64,000 nucleotides of DNA from a virus (IMGVR_UViG_3300013132_000040:1-64000), one strand, 5' to 3'. Shown: positions 49,380 through 59,141, numbered from the stretch's first letter. Translations and numbers: made by a program. The notes: generated from the sequence alone by a model not told the origin.

Positions 49380-50187
49380 ACAGAAGATCATAAATCTGAC
49401 AGCAGAATCCATAAAAGACTTTCAAACATGTGCACTACTTTATAGGTATAGGCATTTAGATGAAATGTACGAACAAATTCCATCTAGGGATTTAATGTCT
49501 TTGCGTTACGAAAACACAATAAAGAAACTAGCCGCTTTCTTTTTTTATAAAAAGCAAGGCGGTATTGTCCCTTCTGTTTCGGCTATTTTAAATAGGTGGG
49601 AGAAACTTTGGTTTCCGAAGGATGTTTCCGCATATGATATAGCTGTGGAAAAGCATGAATCATTGTGGGGAAATGTTTCTAGTATGAACACAAAAGCAGT
49701 CAACTGTATTATGCAATTTTACGAAGATTTCTCGGAAGACAATAATGATCCTATACTAATTAATGAGGATTTTTTAACAACTATTTCTAACTCGTCCAGA
49801 TTAACTGGTGCTTTTGATTTAGTCCTTAGAGATCCGAAGACTAAAAAAATTTCAGTCATAAAATGGTTAGCCGCCCCTAAGCGACCAAACATTAGTTCTT
49901 TGTCTGTAGATTTTTCTATTTTAAAATTTGCTTTTGAGTCAAAAAATCCGGATAAAAAAGATAGTGTCCGATACTACGCGTATGATATCGGTTCAGAAAA
50001 AAACGCCTTAATTGAAGTAGGCATTCAAGACGCCGATATTAATAGTCTTGTTTATTGGTCTAAGCAGGTTGAAAAAAGTAAGACATTTGTTCCGCGTCGA
50101 GGACTAACCAGCTACTGCAAAAAGTGCCCGTTTGATAATCCATGTAGAGAATTTTGTGTCACATCTGAAATGATAGTAGAACCATAA
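49372..50187 (+). CDS. RecB/AddB-like PD-(D/E)XK fold protein, catalytic motif degenerate
   Basis: ESIKDFQTC..LTGAFDLV..VIKW (lacks D/E-x-K)..CKKCPFDNPC. Confidence 0.65.
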   Translation: MPEQKIINLTAESIKDFQTCALLYRYRHLDEMYEQIPSRDLMSLRYENTIKKLAAFFFYKKQGGIVPSVSAILNRWEKLWFPKDVSAYDIAVEKHESLWGNVSSMNTKAVNCIMQFYEDFSEDNNDPILINEDFLTTISNSSRLTGAFDLVLRDPKTKKISVIKWLAAPKRPNISSLSVDFSILKFAFESKNPDKKDSVRYYAYDIGSEKNALIEVGIQDADINSLVYWSKQVEKSKTFVPRRGLTSYCKKCPFDNPCREFCVTSEMIVEP

Positions 50188-50189
50188 GT

Positions 50190-50861
50190 ATGAGCGAAAA
50201 GAAAAAGATACTCAATCAAATTATCGAATCTTCCAAGAATGTTGTAAGTGATAAGGACTTAGAAGATACAATTTTAGAGCCATTGATGGATGAAATCGAC
50301 TTGATTCGAGATCCGTCTATATCCTCATTTGTAAGATCTTTGCTTTTAAAGTCTTTTACATTTTGGAAAATCCCAGGAAGTTTTGCTAGCGTGTACCACC
50401 CACCCGATGAGGACAACGAATACGGAAACATACTACATACAAAAAGGGTTGTTAGAATCGCTTTGATTATGTGCAGTAACTTAAGCTTTTCTAACGTAGA
50501 AACAGATATAATAGTAGCGGCATGCATTCTACATGATTTAACAAAGGGTGTACAAAATTCTGAAGGGCAAATTGACTATGACGAATTCCACTCATATACG
50601 ATAGATAAGTTTTACAACTACGCTAAAAGACAAGACATGCTGGCTTCAGAAACGCAGTCCTCCGTACTTCACTTGGAAGATGAGATGGTCTTCAGAATAC
50701 TTAGGCTCATACATTGCCACGAGGGTCGATCGTCAAAGATTGCGGAAACAATACCAATAACCGAAGAAGAACTTATAGTCGCTAATGCAAATTCTATAGC
50801 GAGTCGTTTACACTGGGTTATTGATGGCGACGAAATCGTGATGGATAGATGGCTACTATAA
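50190..50861 (+). CDS. HD-domain protein
   Basis: YHP..GNILHTKRV..ACILHDLTK..HCHEG. Confidence 0.8.
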   Translation: MSEKKKILNQIIESSKNVVSDKDLEDTILEPLMDEIDLIRDPSISSFVRSLLLKSFTFWKIPGSFASVYHPPDEDNEYGNILHTKRVVRIALIMCSNLSFSNVETDIIVAACILHDLTKGVQNSEGQIDYDEFHSYTIDKFYNYAKRQDMLASETQSSVLHLEDEMVFRILRLIHCHEGRSSKIAETIPITEEELIVANANSIASRLHWVIDGDEIVMDRWLL

Positions 50862-51040
50862 AAAGCAAGGAATGGAATTCAAATATAGAATGCAAATGCG
50901 GTTCCAGTATCAGCGCTTATTCTTTAACTTATGCAGAAAATAGATCATTTTATTATTTTAAATGTAGCGGTTGTAATGTTAGTGGTAAGTGGCAGGATTT
51001 AGCTAGGGGATACTTTGAGTTTAAACGACGAACGTCTTGA
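50849..51040 (+). CDS. Small zinc-ribbon protein
   Basis: CKCG..CSGC. Confidence 0.45.
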   Translation: MATIKSKEWNSNIECKCGSSISAYSLTYAENRSFYYFKCSGCNVSGKWQDLARGYFEFKRRTS

Positions 51041-51191
51041 AAAAAGAAATTGGTTAATTAATAATTTTGATTTGATTTTTAATCAGGGCATCTATTATAG
51101 GACGCATAAAGAAATGTTTAAGCTAAAAAAACAAACATTATTCAACATTAAAGAACAAGAAGGTGTAGTGGTGATAGATGAGGCTCCCTGA
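51015..51191 (+). CDS. 58 aa hypothetical protein (not in ORF track)
   Basis: TTG start after GGGGA; fills the gap and overlaps the primase start. Confidence 0.45.
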   Translation: MSLNDERLEKRNWLINNFDLIFNQGIYYRTHKEMFKLKKQTLFNIKEQEGVVVIDEAP

Positions 51192-52380
51192 TTCTGGCGA
51201 TAAATATACAAACCAATGGAAGTATGTAGAAGTCGGAAGGCATGTGAGCGACCTTGGTAGGGTTATTAGGGATAAGAAAAATAATAAACCTATTTTTTAT
51301 GATATCTCAGAAATACCGCAATACGCGACCGCACACGAAAACCGTGGAATATACACTTCAGTGTTCCAATACAATAGTGCAGATATAGATGATTCTATTA
51401 GACTTGGTTCTTTGTACTTTGATTTGGATTCGTCAAATCTAAAACTATCTCACGAAGAAGTTAAAAGACTGTATCATTTTTTTTCCGACTTCATGCCGCC
51501 AGGTTCTATCCGTGTTTACTTTACTGGATTTAAAGGTTTCCACCTTGAGCTTGAAGCCCTATCTTTAGGTGTAACACCAAATAACTCATTGCATGATTTA
51601 TTTAGGTATATAGCAAACGACATTAAGCTTCGCTTGGATTTGGAGACGATTGATTTTGCGGTTTACGATCCTAGAAGAATGTGGAGGTTACCTAATTCCG
51701 TTCATCAGAAAACTGGTTTGTATAAAAATGATATCTCCCTTGATGAAAGCCTAATGTTTGGAGATATCGAAGAAATAAGAAAGTACTGTCGAGAGTCGCG
51801 GCCCGTTGAGATTCCCGAACAGGACTTTAACCTAAAAGCAAATGAGTGGTACAGAAATTATATATATAAAAGGGAAGAAGAAAAACAGAGTCAAAAATAT
51901 ACCCAAGAATATTTACTTGAAAGATTCAGGAAACAGGGTACTTCTGTTCTGCGAACGGTAGAGGAAAATAGGCTTTTTGACCCGCAAAGGCTTTTTGAAA
52001 ACTGTGGTTCCATTATGAGGATATGGGAAAAAGCCGAGAAAGAAAAGCACTTGGAACATGAGGAAAGATTATTTTTATGTTCGTTACTAACTTATTCTGA
52101 TGATGCATTGTTTTATTTGCATGAGATACTGAAAAATTGTGATGACTATAATTTTGAGAAATCCCAGGCACATATAGACGATTGGATTAAAAGGAGAGAG
52201 CTAGGCATCGGTGGTCGACCCTATACTTGCGATAGGGCAAATTCCGTTGGTGTGGGGTGTGGAAATTGTAACCTTGAAAAAAAGAAAAAATGGATTAAGG
52301 TTGGAGAATCATTCGTAGAAACGGATGAGGAGTCTTCTCCTTCGCCAATACGCTTTGCATATAGAAACAATATAGATTGA
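51178..52380 (+). CDS. Archaeo-eukaryotic primase with a fused PriL-CTD-like Cys domain
   Basis: AEP motifs LYFDLD, FTGFKGFH, YD.RRMWRLPNS.H.KTG; C-terminal C..HLEHEERLFL..PYTC..C..C..SPI. Confidence 0.85.
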   Translation: MRLPDSGDKYTNQWKYVEVGRHVSDLGRVIRDKKNNKPIFYDISEIPQYATAHENRGIYTSVFQYNSADIDDSIRLGSLYFDLDSSNLKLSHEEVKRLYHFFSDFMPPGSIRVYFTGFKGFHLELEALSLGVTPNNSLHDLFRYIANDIKLRLDLETIDFAVYDPRRMWRLPNSVHQKTGLYKNDISLDESLMFGDIEEIRKYCRESRPVEIPEQDFNLKANEWYRNYIYKREEEKQSQKYTQEYLLERFRKQGTSVLRTVEENRLFDPQRLFENCGSIMRIWEKAEKEKHLEHEERLFLCSLLTYSDDALFYLHEILKNCDDYNFEKSQAHIDDWIKRRELGIGGRPYTCDRANSVGVGCGNCNLEKKKKWIKVGESFVETDEESSPSPIRFAYRNNID

Positions 52381-52386
52381 GGTAAT

Positions 52387-52599
52387 ATGGCTAATCAAGA
52401 TGATTTTATACATGGTTTTTGCACTGATTGCAGGAGCCAGATGACTGACCAGTGGATGACGCGCAACCCGTTTGCACAGGGCGGTAAGACACCATCCTGT
52501 CCAGTTTGTGGCGGTGTTGTTGCGGTTATGGATTCTCGTAACGCAAAGAGACAAATAGATAAGTCGCAAAGAGATCGTGGCATTCCGGTGGTCGACTAA
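52387..52599 (+). CDS. Zinc-ribbon protein
   Basis: CTDC..CPVCGG; GAGG RBS. Confidence 0.6.
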   Translation: MANQDDFIHGFCTDCRSQMTDQWMTRNPFAQGGKTPSCPVCGGVVAVMDSRNAKRQIDKSQRDRGIPVVD

Positions 52600-52802
52600 T
52601 GCCTAGGTATGATTTTCAGTGTGGTCGATGCGACGATGTTCGGGAGGCAACTAGTACAGATCCTATCGATTGTGCCTACTGTGGCATCGGTATGAAAAGG
52701 AAATACAATTTTGCTGGTTCGATATTAAAAGGTTCAGGCTGGTATTCTGTAGATAGGCGCCGATCTGACGGTGGAACAATTGGTATAGAGGATCCTAATT
52801 AA
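52599..52802 (+). CDS. FmdB-family zinc-ribbon protein
   Basis: MPRYDFQC..C..C..CG..MKR..ILKGSGWYS.D. Confidence 0.8.
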   Translation: MPRYDFQCGRCDDVREATSTDPIDCAYCGIGMKRKYNFAGSILKGSGWYSVDRRRSDGGTIGIEDPN

Positions 52803-52811
52803 GGTTTTTAA

Positions 52812-55800
52812 GTGAAAAATTGGTGTAATTTACACGTACACACCACTTTCTCCATGCTTGATGGTCATGGCAAGGTGGATAGGTACGCCGAACGGGCCGC
52901 AGAACTAGGGATGACCGCTTTAGCGCAAACTGACCATGGTAATGTTCATGGGTGGTTGGATTTTTATGATGCGTGCAAGAAGGTTGACATCAAGCCCATC
53001 CTTGGGCTTGAGGCCTATCAAGCGCGTAAGACAAGGTTTGACAGGGATGAAGAGGAAAGAGCTGGTCCAGCCCAGAATGAATGGGACCAAAGGGGCCCAT
53101 ACCATTTAACGGTACTCGCTAAAAATGCAAGTGGGTATAGAAACTTAATTAAACTCTCTTCCAGAGCTTTTACTGAGGGCTTCTATGTTAAACCAAGGAT
53201 AGACCATAATCTCGTTTCCGAACATAGTGATGGTCTTATAGTGTTGTCTGGGTGCCTGAATGGCGAAGTTCAACAAGCGCTTTTGAGGAATGATTTCCCT
53301 AAGGCTTTGCAGCACGCTTCTGCTATGCAGGATATCGTTGGTAAGGAAAATTATTTTATTGAAATTCAGGATCACGGGCTTAGCGAACAAAAGCTGGTCA
53401 AACAGCAAACCCTAGAGATTGCAAAGAAGATTGGCGCAAAAGTTGTCGTTACTGGGGACTGTCACTATGTAAATAAATCAGACGCTCATTTTCATGACGT
53501 GATGCTTTGTTCCGGCACTAAGTCTCTGCTTGAGCAAGAAAATAGATTTAGGTTTAGTGGCGATGAGTTTTATCTAAAGTCATACAGCGAAATGGAATCG
53601 GCATTTGAATCTGAGTGGCTTGATAATACGCTACTTGTGGCCGAAATGGTTGATATACAATTGGAGTTTAATGAGTTTCATTTCCCGGAATTTCCTGATG
53701 TACCACAGGGTGTCGACGTTAATAAGCACTTAGAAATGCTTGTTTGGGAAGGTCTCAAAAAAAGGTATGGAGATCCAATACCCAGCGAAGTTATAGCAAG
53801 GGCGACTCACGAACTCGGGGTTGTAGAGCGCATGGGTTTCCCCCACTATTTCTTGGTTGTATCCGATATTGTTCGCTGGGCCAAGAGCAATAATATTAGG
53901 GTCGGCTGGGGCAGGGGCTCTGCTGCCGGGTCTATACTTTCGTATGCTTTGGAAATAACTAATTTAGACCCATTAAGGTTCGGTTTGCTTTTTGAGCGTT
54001 TCTTGGTTGAGGGAAGAAAGTCCATGCCTGATATCGACTTGGACTTCGATGATCGTCATAGGGATAGAGTTATAGATTATGTAAGATCAAGGTATGGTCA
54101 CGATCATGTTGCGCATATCTGCACGTTTGGTACCGTGGGCGCTAGAAGTGCGATAAGGGATACTGCACGTGTGCTCGGCTATGAATATAGGGTTGGTGAC
54201 GACATTGCAAAACTAGTGCCTCCAGATGTTTTGGGTGTCGCAAAAAATCTAGATGAAGCCTTAGAATCACCAGAAATGCGTAAAAAATACGAATCAGATC
54301 CCGACGCAAAAATTATCATTGATACAGCCAGGGGTATAGAGGGTATTCATAGACAGACTGGTATACACGCTGCTGGCGTTGTTATCTCTAAGAACCCCCT
54401 GACTGAATACATCCCCATTATGCAGAAAGGTGAAAGTTCGCCCGTAGTAACACAGTGGGATATGAATCGCGTGGAGCAAAACGGCTTGCTTAAAATCGAC
54501 TTCTTAGGTTTAAGGAATCTAGGTGTTGTCGATATGGCCGAAAGGATGATCAACGAACGTCATGGTGTATCTGTTGATTGCCATAATTTGCCCCTAGACG
54601 ATGAAGGTGTCTATAGATACTTGAGTGCCGGAAATTCTATGGGCATCTTCCAGGTTGAATCTCGCGGAATGCGCGATATGATGCTCTCAATGAGGCCAGA
54701 TCGCATTGAAGACATTATGGCTTTGATTTCCCTTTACCGCCCCGGCCCTTTGGGTTCGGGTATGGACCGTATTTATATCGATAGAAAACATGGCCGAAAA
54801 AACGCAGAAGTCCCGCATCCAAAATTGGAGGATGTTTTACAAAAATCACGTGGGGTCATGCTTTACCAAGAGGACGTCATTAACGTGGCAAGAGTTCTTG
54901 CCGGTTTCAGCGCATCTGAAGCGGACGATTTGCGTAAAGTAATCGGCAAAAAACAAATGGATAAAGTTCACTTACTGCGTCAACAGTTTGTTGAAGGGTG
55001 CAAAAAGCACAGTAACGTTAATGAAAATTTGGCTAATAAGATTTATTCAGATATTGAATACTTTGCGGGTTACGGCTTTAATAAGGCCCACGCCGCTTCC
55101 TACGCTGTTTTGTCTTACATTACCGCGTGGCTTAAGTGCTATTACCCCATAGAGTATATGACCGCTCTGCTGACATCTGTAGCGACAAATAAGGATAAAC
55201 TATCCCCATACCTAAATGAGTGTAGAAAAATGTCTCTTAAAGTTCTTCCGCCATCTATGAAGGATTCGGAGTCTGATTTCACCATTTCTGGTGATGAAGA
55301 GATTGTTTTTGGTTTTTCTGCCATTGATGGCATTGGCGAATCTAAGATACAAGAAATCTTAGCTAATCGTGAATCCGCAAACATTTGGGAATTCCTCAGG
55401 AAATGTGAGTCTGGAGTAATCAATAAAGCCACTCTAGAGCATTTAATCAGATCTGGTGCGTTTGACGAACTTTCACCTATGCACAAAAAAGTTGGTAGAT
55501 CAGAAAAATTAAACTTATTGGAGTCCGAAAAAGATGAGTTAGGTCTTTATGTGACTGATCATCCATTATTCGAGATATGGGATTTTATTTCACCTAAAAT
55601 TTCATGCGAAATGGATGTACTGCAAACCAGATCAGACGGTGAACTTGTGACGATCGGTGGCATAGTTTCAAAGAAACAATCTATAATGACAAAAGCCAAT
55701 AAGCAGATGTACAGATTACAAGTTGATGACGTAACTACGAGTGTGGAGGTTATAGTCTTCCCCAAATACGCTGCAAAAGTTTTAGACCATAAAATCGAGG

Positions 55801-56138
55801 CTGGTTCATTAGTCATTGTTAGTGGCAACCTTGCGTTCGAGGGTGATGAAGAGAATCAAATTGTAAAAATTTTGTTAACAGATATAGAAAAATTAGACAT
55901 ATCTATACTTCACGGTGGCAAACCCATACGTCTAAAGACCCAATATAAACCAAGTTATAGCCAAGTAAAAAAAATTCGTGATATAATAGGTAATGCATCC
56001 GGTGATTCTCCGGTTTATTTGGAGTTTCCAGACGAAACTTCTGTGGTTACCTTCAAGTTTAAGGGTACAACTTCAGAATCTGTCGGCGATGAGCTTCATA
56101 AACTAATGCAAATTTTTGAACTTGAAAGAAGAATATGA
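52812..56138 (+). CDS. dnaE: DNA polymerase III alpha subunit (C-family) with an apparently intact PHP domain
   Basis: LHVHT.FS.LDG, TDHG, GRGSAAGS, LLFERFL, MPDIDLDF, HAAGVVIS, LLKIDFLGL, YGFNKAHA, C-terminal OB fold. Confidence 0.97.
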   Translation: MKNWCNLHVHTTFSMLDGHGKVDRYAERAAELGMTALAQTDHGNVHGWLDFYDACKKVDIKPILGLEAYQARKTRFDRDEEERAGPAQNEWDQRGPYHLTVLAKNASGYRNLIKLSSRAFTEGFYVKPRIDHNLVSEHSDGLIVLSGCLNGEVQQALLRNDFPKALQHASAMQDIVGKENYFIEIQDHGLSEQKLVKQQTLEIAKKIGAKVVVTGDCHYVNKSDAHFHDVMLCSGTKSLLEQENRFRFSGDEFYLKSYSEMESAFESEWLDNTLLVAEMVDIQLEFNEFHFPEFPDVPQGVDVNKHLEMLVWEGLKKRYGDPIPSEVIARATHELGVVERMGFPHYFLVVSDIVRWAKSNNIRVGWGRGSAAGSILSYALEITNLDPLRFGLLFERFLVEGRKSMPDIDLDFDDRHRDRVIDYVRSRYGHDHVAHICTFGTVGARSAIRDTARVLGYEYRVGDDIAKLVPPDVLGVAKNLDEALESPEMRKKYESDPDAKIIIDTARGIEGIHRQTGIHAAGVVISKNPLTEYIPIMQKGESSPVVTQWDMNRVEQNGLLKIDFLGLRNLGVVDMAERMINERHGVSVDCHNLPLDDEGVYRYLSAGNSMGIFQVESRGMRDMMLSMRPDRIEDIMALISLYRPGPLGSGMDRIYIDRKHGRKNAEVPHPKLEDVLQKSRGVMLYQEDVINVARVLAGFSASEADDLRKVIGKKQMDKVHLLRQQFVEGCKKHSNVNENLANKIYSDIEYFAGYGFNKAHAASYAVLSYITAWLKCYYPIEYMTALLTSVATNKDKLSPYLNECRKMSLKVLPPSMKDSESDFTISGDEEIVFGFSAIDGIGESKIQEILANRESANIWEFLRKCESGVINKATLEHLIRSGAFDELSPMHKKVGRSEKLNLLESEKDELGLYVTDHPLFEIWDFISPKISCEMDVLQTRSDGELVTIGGIVSKKQSIMTKANKQMYRLQVDDVTTSVEVIVFPKYAAKVLDHKIEAGSLVIVSGNLAFEGDEENQIVKILLTDIEKLDISILHGGKPIRLKTQYKPSYSQVKKIRDIIGNASGDSPVYLEFPDETSVVTFKFKGTTSESVGDELHKLMQIFELERRI

Positions 56139-56545
56139 TGGAATATTTGGCGCCAAAAGGGACATATCGTGATCCGTTTACTAGATACTGCTGGAAAACA
56201 TGCGGATCTTGTGGCCGCTGCTCTAACAAGGGTTCTCGATCAAAATGCAACGGATGCAGCGGGAGGGTTGATGAGTATGGCCAAAAGGTCCCTCACATCG
56301 ACGACAGGTGTAGGTGCACAGAAGGGATTTTGCAGTTGGTGAATAAGGAAGGCAAGATGTACCAGATTAGATTAAAAAATAACCCTTTTGCTGGCAAGGT
56401 TACACATGAGAGGAAAACTCAGGATGAGCAGGATTATGAGGCATACCTACACTCAGAGAGGGAGCGGAGGGATGATCCAACGTGGGATCCTGTTATGTTT
56501 GATGACGGCACAAGCACTCAAGATTGGTCTAATTCAAGACGATGA
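56135..56545 (+). CDS. Cys-rich hypothetical protein
   Basis: CWKTCGSCGRC..CNGCSG..CRC. Confidence 0.6.
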   Translation: MMEYLAPKGTYRDPFTRYCWKTCGSCGRCSNKGSRSKCNGCSGRVDEYGQKVPHIDDRCRCTEGILQLVNKEGKMYQIRLKNNPFAGKVTHERKTQDEQDYEAYLHSERERRDDPTWDPVMFDDGTSTQDWSNSRR

Positions 56546-56727
56546 AAAAAGAAACTTACCAAAATAATAATGTCATTATTGAAGTCCGAAGGTTTGGCAA
56601 CGGCGTTGTAGATTACTGGATTCAGTGTGGCCAGGCTGGCTTGATGTTGAGTCAAGATGATTTAATTGATTTGAATGAAATAGTTACGGCAGCATGTCTA
56701 GAGATTCGGGTGCAAGATGAATATTGA
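56542..56727 (+). CDS. Hypothetical protein
   Basis: ATGA-coupled ORF. Confidence 0.5.
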   Translation: MKKETYQNNNVIIEVRRFGNGVVDYWIQCGQAGLMLSQDDLIDLNEIVTAACLEIRVQDEY

Positions 56728-56857
56728 AGACGATTTTATGGAGATAGGCGATACGGGCCTTATACCTATAGGTGAAGGGCTGTTTTGGGACAAAAAAGCT
56801 AATAAGATAGTCGACTTACACGAAAAGGAAGCTGATGAGCCAGAGGAAGATGCCTAA
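56717..56857 (+). CDS. 46 aa acidic hypothetical protein (not in ORF track)
   Basis: MNIEDDFMEIGDTGLIPIGEGLFWDKK..; overlaps both neighbours as the other coupled genes do. Confidence 0.45.
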   Translation: MNIEDDFMEIGDTGLIPIGEGLFWDKKANKIVDLHEKEADEPEEDA

Positions 56858-57188
56858 AGACCTAATTGTTGGTCCTTATAATTATCAGGTTAAAAATGAC
56901 AAATCTTCAATGGATTCGGCTAGAGTTAAATTTGATTCCTTAGAAGCTATTGGTTTCACTTCTACGCACGAACAGTGCATATACGTTGATCCCGAATTGC
57001 AAGAAGATATGCGAGCAGAAGTGCTGCTCCATGAAGTGCTTCACGCAATATGCGAAGCTACTGGAATGGGCGTGTACTTCGAGGAAAAGGACGAAGAGCA
57101 GTTTATAGCTACGGTTTCCCCATTGCTTCTTGACACCTTGAGACGAAATGAAGAATTTGCTGACTATCTACTAAACAGGGAGTATTGA
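56850..57188 (+). CDS. HExxH zinc metallopeptidase-like protein (ImmA/IrrE-like)
   Basis: IG....IYVD..EVLLHEVLHA..EE; probable ATG at 56850 after GAGG. Confidence 0.7.
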   Translation: MPKDLIVGPYNYQVKNDKSSMDSARVKFDSLEAIGFTSTHEQCIYVDPELQEDMRAEVLLHEVLHAICEATGMGVYFEEKDEEQFIATVSPLLLDTLRRNEEFADYLLNREY

Positions 57189-57973
57189 TGGCTATAAGGA
57201 CTTTAGATGAATTATCGGAATTTGAAAAACTTTCTTTGATTCCAGTTAGCTATTCAAGGCTCAATACCCTCGATATGTGTGAGGCTAAATATTTCTTCTC
57301 TTATATACTGAAAGAACCCCAAACGTTTGGGGCAGCAGCGACTTTGGGAAATGTTCTCCACAAAGTGCTAGAAGAAAAACTTAAAAGAAATCAGGTAATT
57401 AAAAAGTCAGATCTTGATTCATTTATCGAAGTTTACAATAGCCAGATACCAAACTATGACCCCAATTCAGAGATACCAGACACCATGTTAATCGATGGGG
57501 AGACTATGCTGGTAGAGTTTATCGATAGGCACGATGGTGAATCTTTTGATATTGAATATCAAGAAAAGGGTTTCACCATAGTGATAGGAAATGCCCTTGT
57601 AAGTGGTTACATCGACCGGATAGATATAGTGGGTGATACTGTTTATATTATTGACTACAAGTCCGGTAAGCGTGAGGAAGCGCAAAAGAATATTTCAAAG
57701 AATATTCAATTAGGTATATACGCCTTGGCCATGAAGAAGGCTTACCCCGATAAGAACATTCATGCATCGTTGTATTATCTACGTTCGGGTAAGCAAAAAG
57801 GCCACCTCTTTACAGATGGTGACCTTCTTGAAATCGAGTTATTGATTAGGGATCTTATTTATAAGTTAGTAAATAAAGGAAATTTTTCTTACACCCCGAA
57901 CAGTTTCATATGCTCATTCTGCGACTACGCGAAAAATGGCGTATGCTCTGTTGGCGCCAGAAGAGTGCACTAG
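57188..57973 (+). CDS. RecB-family PD-(D/E)XK exonuclease
   Basis: SYSRL..C..GNVLH..GYIDRID..IIDYKSG..QLGIYA..CSFCDY..C. Confidence 0.88.
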   Translation: MAIRTLDELSEFEKLSLIPVSYSRLNTLDMCEAKYFFSYILKEPQTFGAAATLGNVLHKVLEEKLKRNQVIKKSDLDSFIEVYNSQIPNYDPNSEIPDTMLIDGETMLVEFIDRHDGESFDIEYQEKGFTIVIGNALVSGYIDRIDIVGDTVYIIDYKSGKREEAQKNISKNIQLGIYALAMKKAYPDKNIHASLYYLRSGKQKGHLFTDGDLLEIELLIRDLIYKLVNKGNFSYTPNSFICSFCDYAKNGVCSVGARRVH

Positions 57974-58134
57974 AACAGTGTACTCTCTAGGTCGATATTT
58001 TCCATGATTGCAAGTGCATCAAAGTCTTCTCTGGCTAGATCGTAGGCTTCACCTGCGACAACACCGTAGTCCATGAGGTCACATGCAATATTGTCTTTTA
58101 CTACCTGGATGAGTTGTTCATTTAATGTATTCAT
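57970..58134 (-). CDS. 54 aa acidic protein on the opposite strand (not in ORF track)
   Basis: MNTLNEQLIQVVKDNIACDLMDYGVVAGEAYDLAREDFDALAIMENIDLESTLF; exactly fills the gap; has its own promoter. Confidence 0.55.
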   Translation of the reverse strand: MNTLNEQLIQVVKDNIACDLMDYGVVAGEAYDLAREDFDALAIMENIDLESTLF

Positions 58135-58141
58135 GTCGGAT

Positions 58142-58171
58142 ACTTTATCATTCCTTGTCTAGTCGTTTCAA
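58142..58171 (-). promoter_or_regulatory. Sigma70-type promoter for the 54 aa gene, likely leaderless
   Basis: TTGAAA-18 nt-TAAAGT with TGn; 7 nt before the ATG. Confidence 0.5.
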
Positions 58172-58177
58172 GTTTTA

Positions 58178-58206
58178 TTGACTTTTTTTACTTTTTCCTG
58201 TAAAAT
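58178..58206 (+). promoter_or_regulatory. Near-consensus sigma70 promoter
   Basis: TTGACT-17 nt-TAAAAT, then a GGAGG RBS before 58224. Confidence 0.75.
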
Positions 58207-58223
58207 TTTCTTATGGAGGTTTT

Positions 58224-59141
58224 ATGGGCAGTGAATGGTCACCGGTTGAAGATACGTTTCTCATCGAAAATGCGCATCGCATGTCGTATGAGGAGTTGTC
58301 ACTATATCTTAAAAAAACGCATAATGCAATTCGTGAGCGAAGTTTAATCTTAGACTGTACTTCTTCTGTGTCGCCGGCAAAGAATGTAAGTAAGGTTTGC
58401 GAATACGCGGAATGTAAACGAATATTCAAAGTGCGCTATTCGGATTACTCAAAAAGAAACCAAGTGTTCTGTTCAGAACAGTGTCTTGGACTTTATGAGG
58501 CTTTATTCTATCCGGCAAAAAAAGAAATTGAGTCTTTAATAGCAGAGGGTAAGACTTTCGATGAAATAGCATCTTATTTTAAGATGCCAGGCGGAGCTAT
58601 GTACGAGCTTTTTCTTACGTATTGTTTGCCGGGTAGGCCAAAAAGTATTGATAAAGTTTTCTTCTTTAAAGAGGATAAAAAGCAAAAAGAGAAAAGAACC
58701 ACGCTACTTAAGCAAACTGGTAGGTCACCTATGAATAAATTTAAGTCGGGCTACAAGCCTTATCTTGGGGTGTCCATAAGAAGTGGCTGGGAAAATAATG
58801 TTTTGCTTTGGCTAAACAAACAATCAATCAAGTGGGAATATGAACCAAAAGTTTTTTATTTTTCCGAAGTAAAAACAGGAACTAAGGGATACACTCCAGA
58901 TATTTGGCTTCCTAAGCAAAAAATATGGATAGAAGTCAAAGGTTATATGTCTTCTGTGGATAAAACAAAAATAAAAAGATTTAAGAAATATTATCCAGAA
59001 GAGTTTAAAAAACTGCAAGTAATAACAAAAAATGATAAAGTAGATAGTACAAAGTTTTTTAAAGAATTCGGCGTACCAGTCTACGCTTATTATGACGACA
59101 TAGATAAAAACTATAACACAATCGACCATTGGATGAGATAA
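58224..59141 (+). CDS. Multi-domain DNA-binding PD-(D/E)XK endonuclease (HTH + Cys finger + nuclease)
   Basis: WSPVED..SYEELS HTH; CEYAEC..FCSEQC; RSGWE..WEYEP..YTPDIWL..IEVKG. Confidence 0.75.
   Translation: MGSEWSPVEDTFLIENAHRMSYEELSLYLKKTHNAIRERSLILDCTSSVSPAKNVSKVCEYAECKRIFKVRYSDYSKRNQVFCSEQCLGLYEALFYPAKKEIESLIAEGKTFDEIASYFKMPGGAMYELFLTYCLPGRPKSIDKVFFFKEDKKQKEKRTTLLKQTGRSPMNKFKSGYKPYLGVSIRSGWENNVLLWLNKQSIKWEYEPKVFYFSEVKTGTKGYTPDIWLPKQKIWIEVKGYMSSVDKTKIKRFKKYYPEEFKKLQVITKNDKVDSTKFFKEFGVPVYAYYDDIDKNYNTIDHWMR

Noticed and set aside
49372-57973. Cas4 genes / CRISPR-Cas
   Set aside because: No repeat-spacer array and no cas1/cas2 seen; stand-alone RecB-like nucleases are common in phages.
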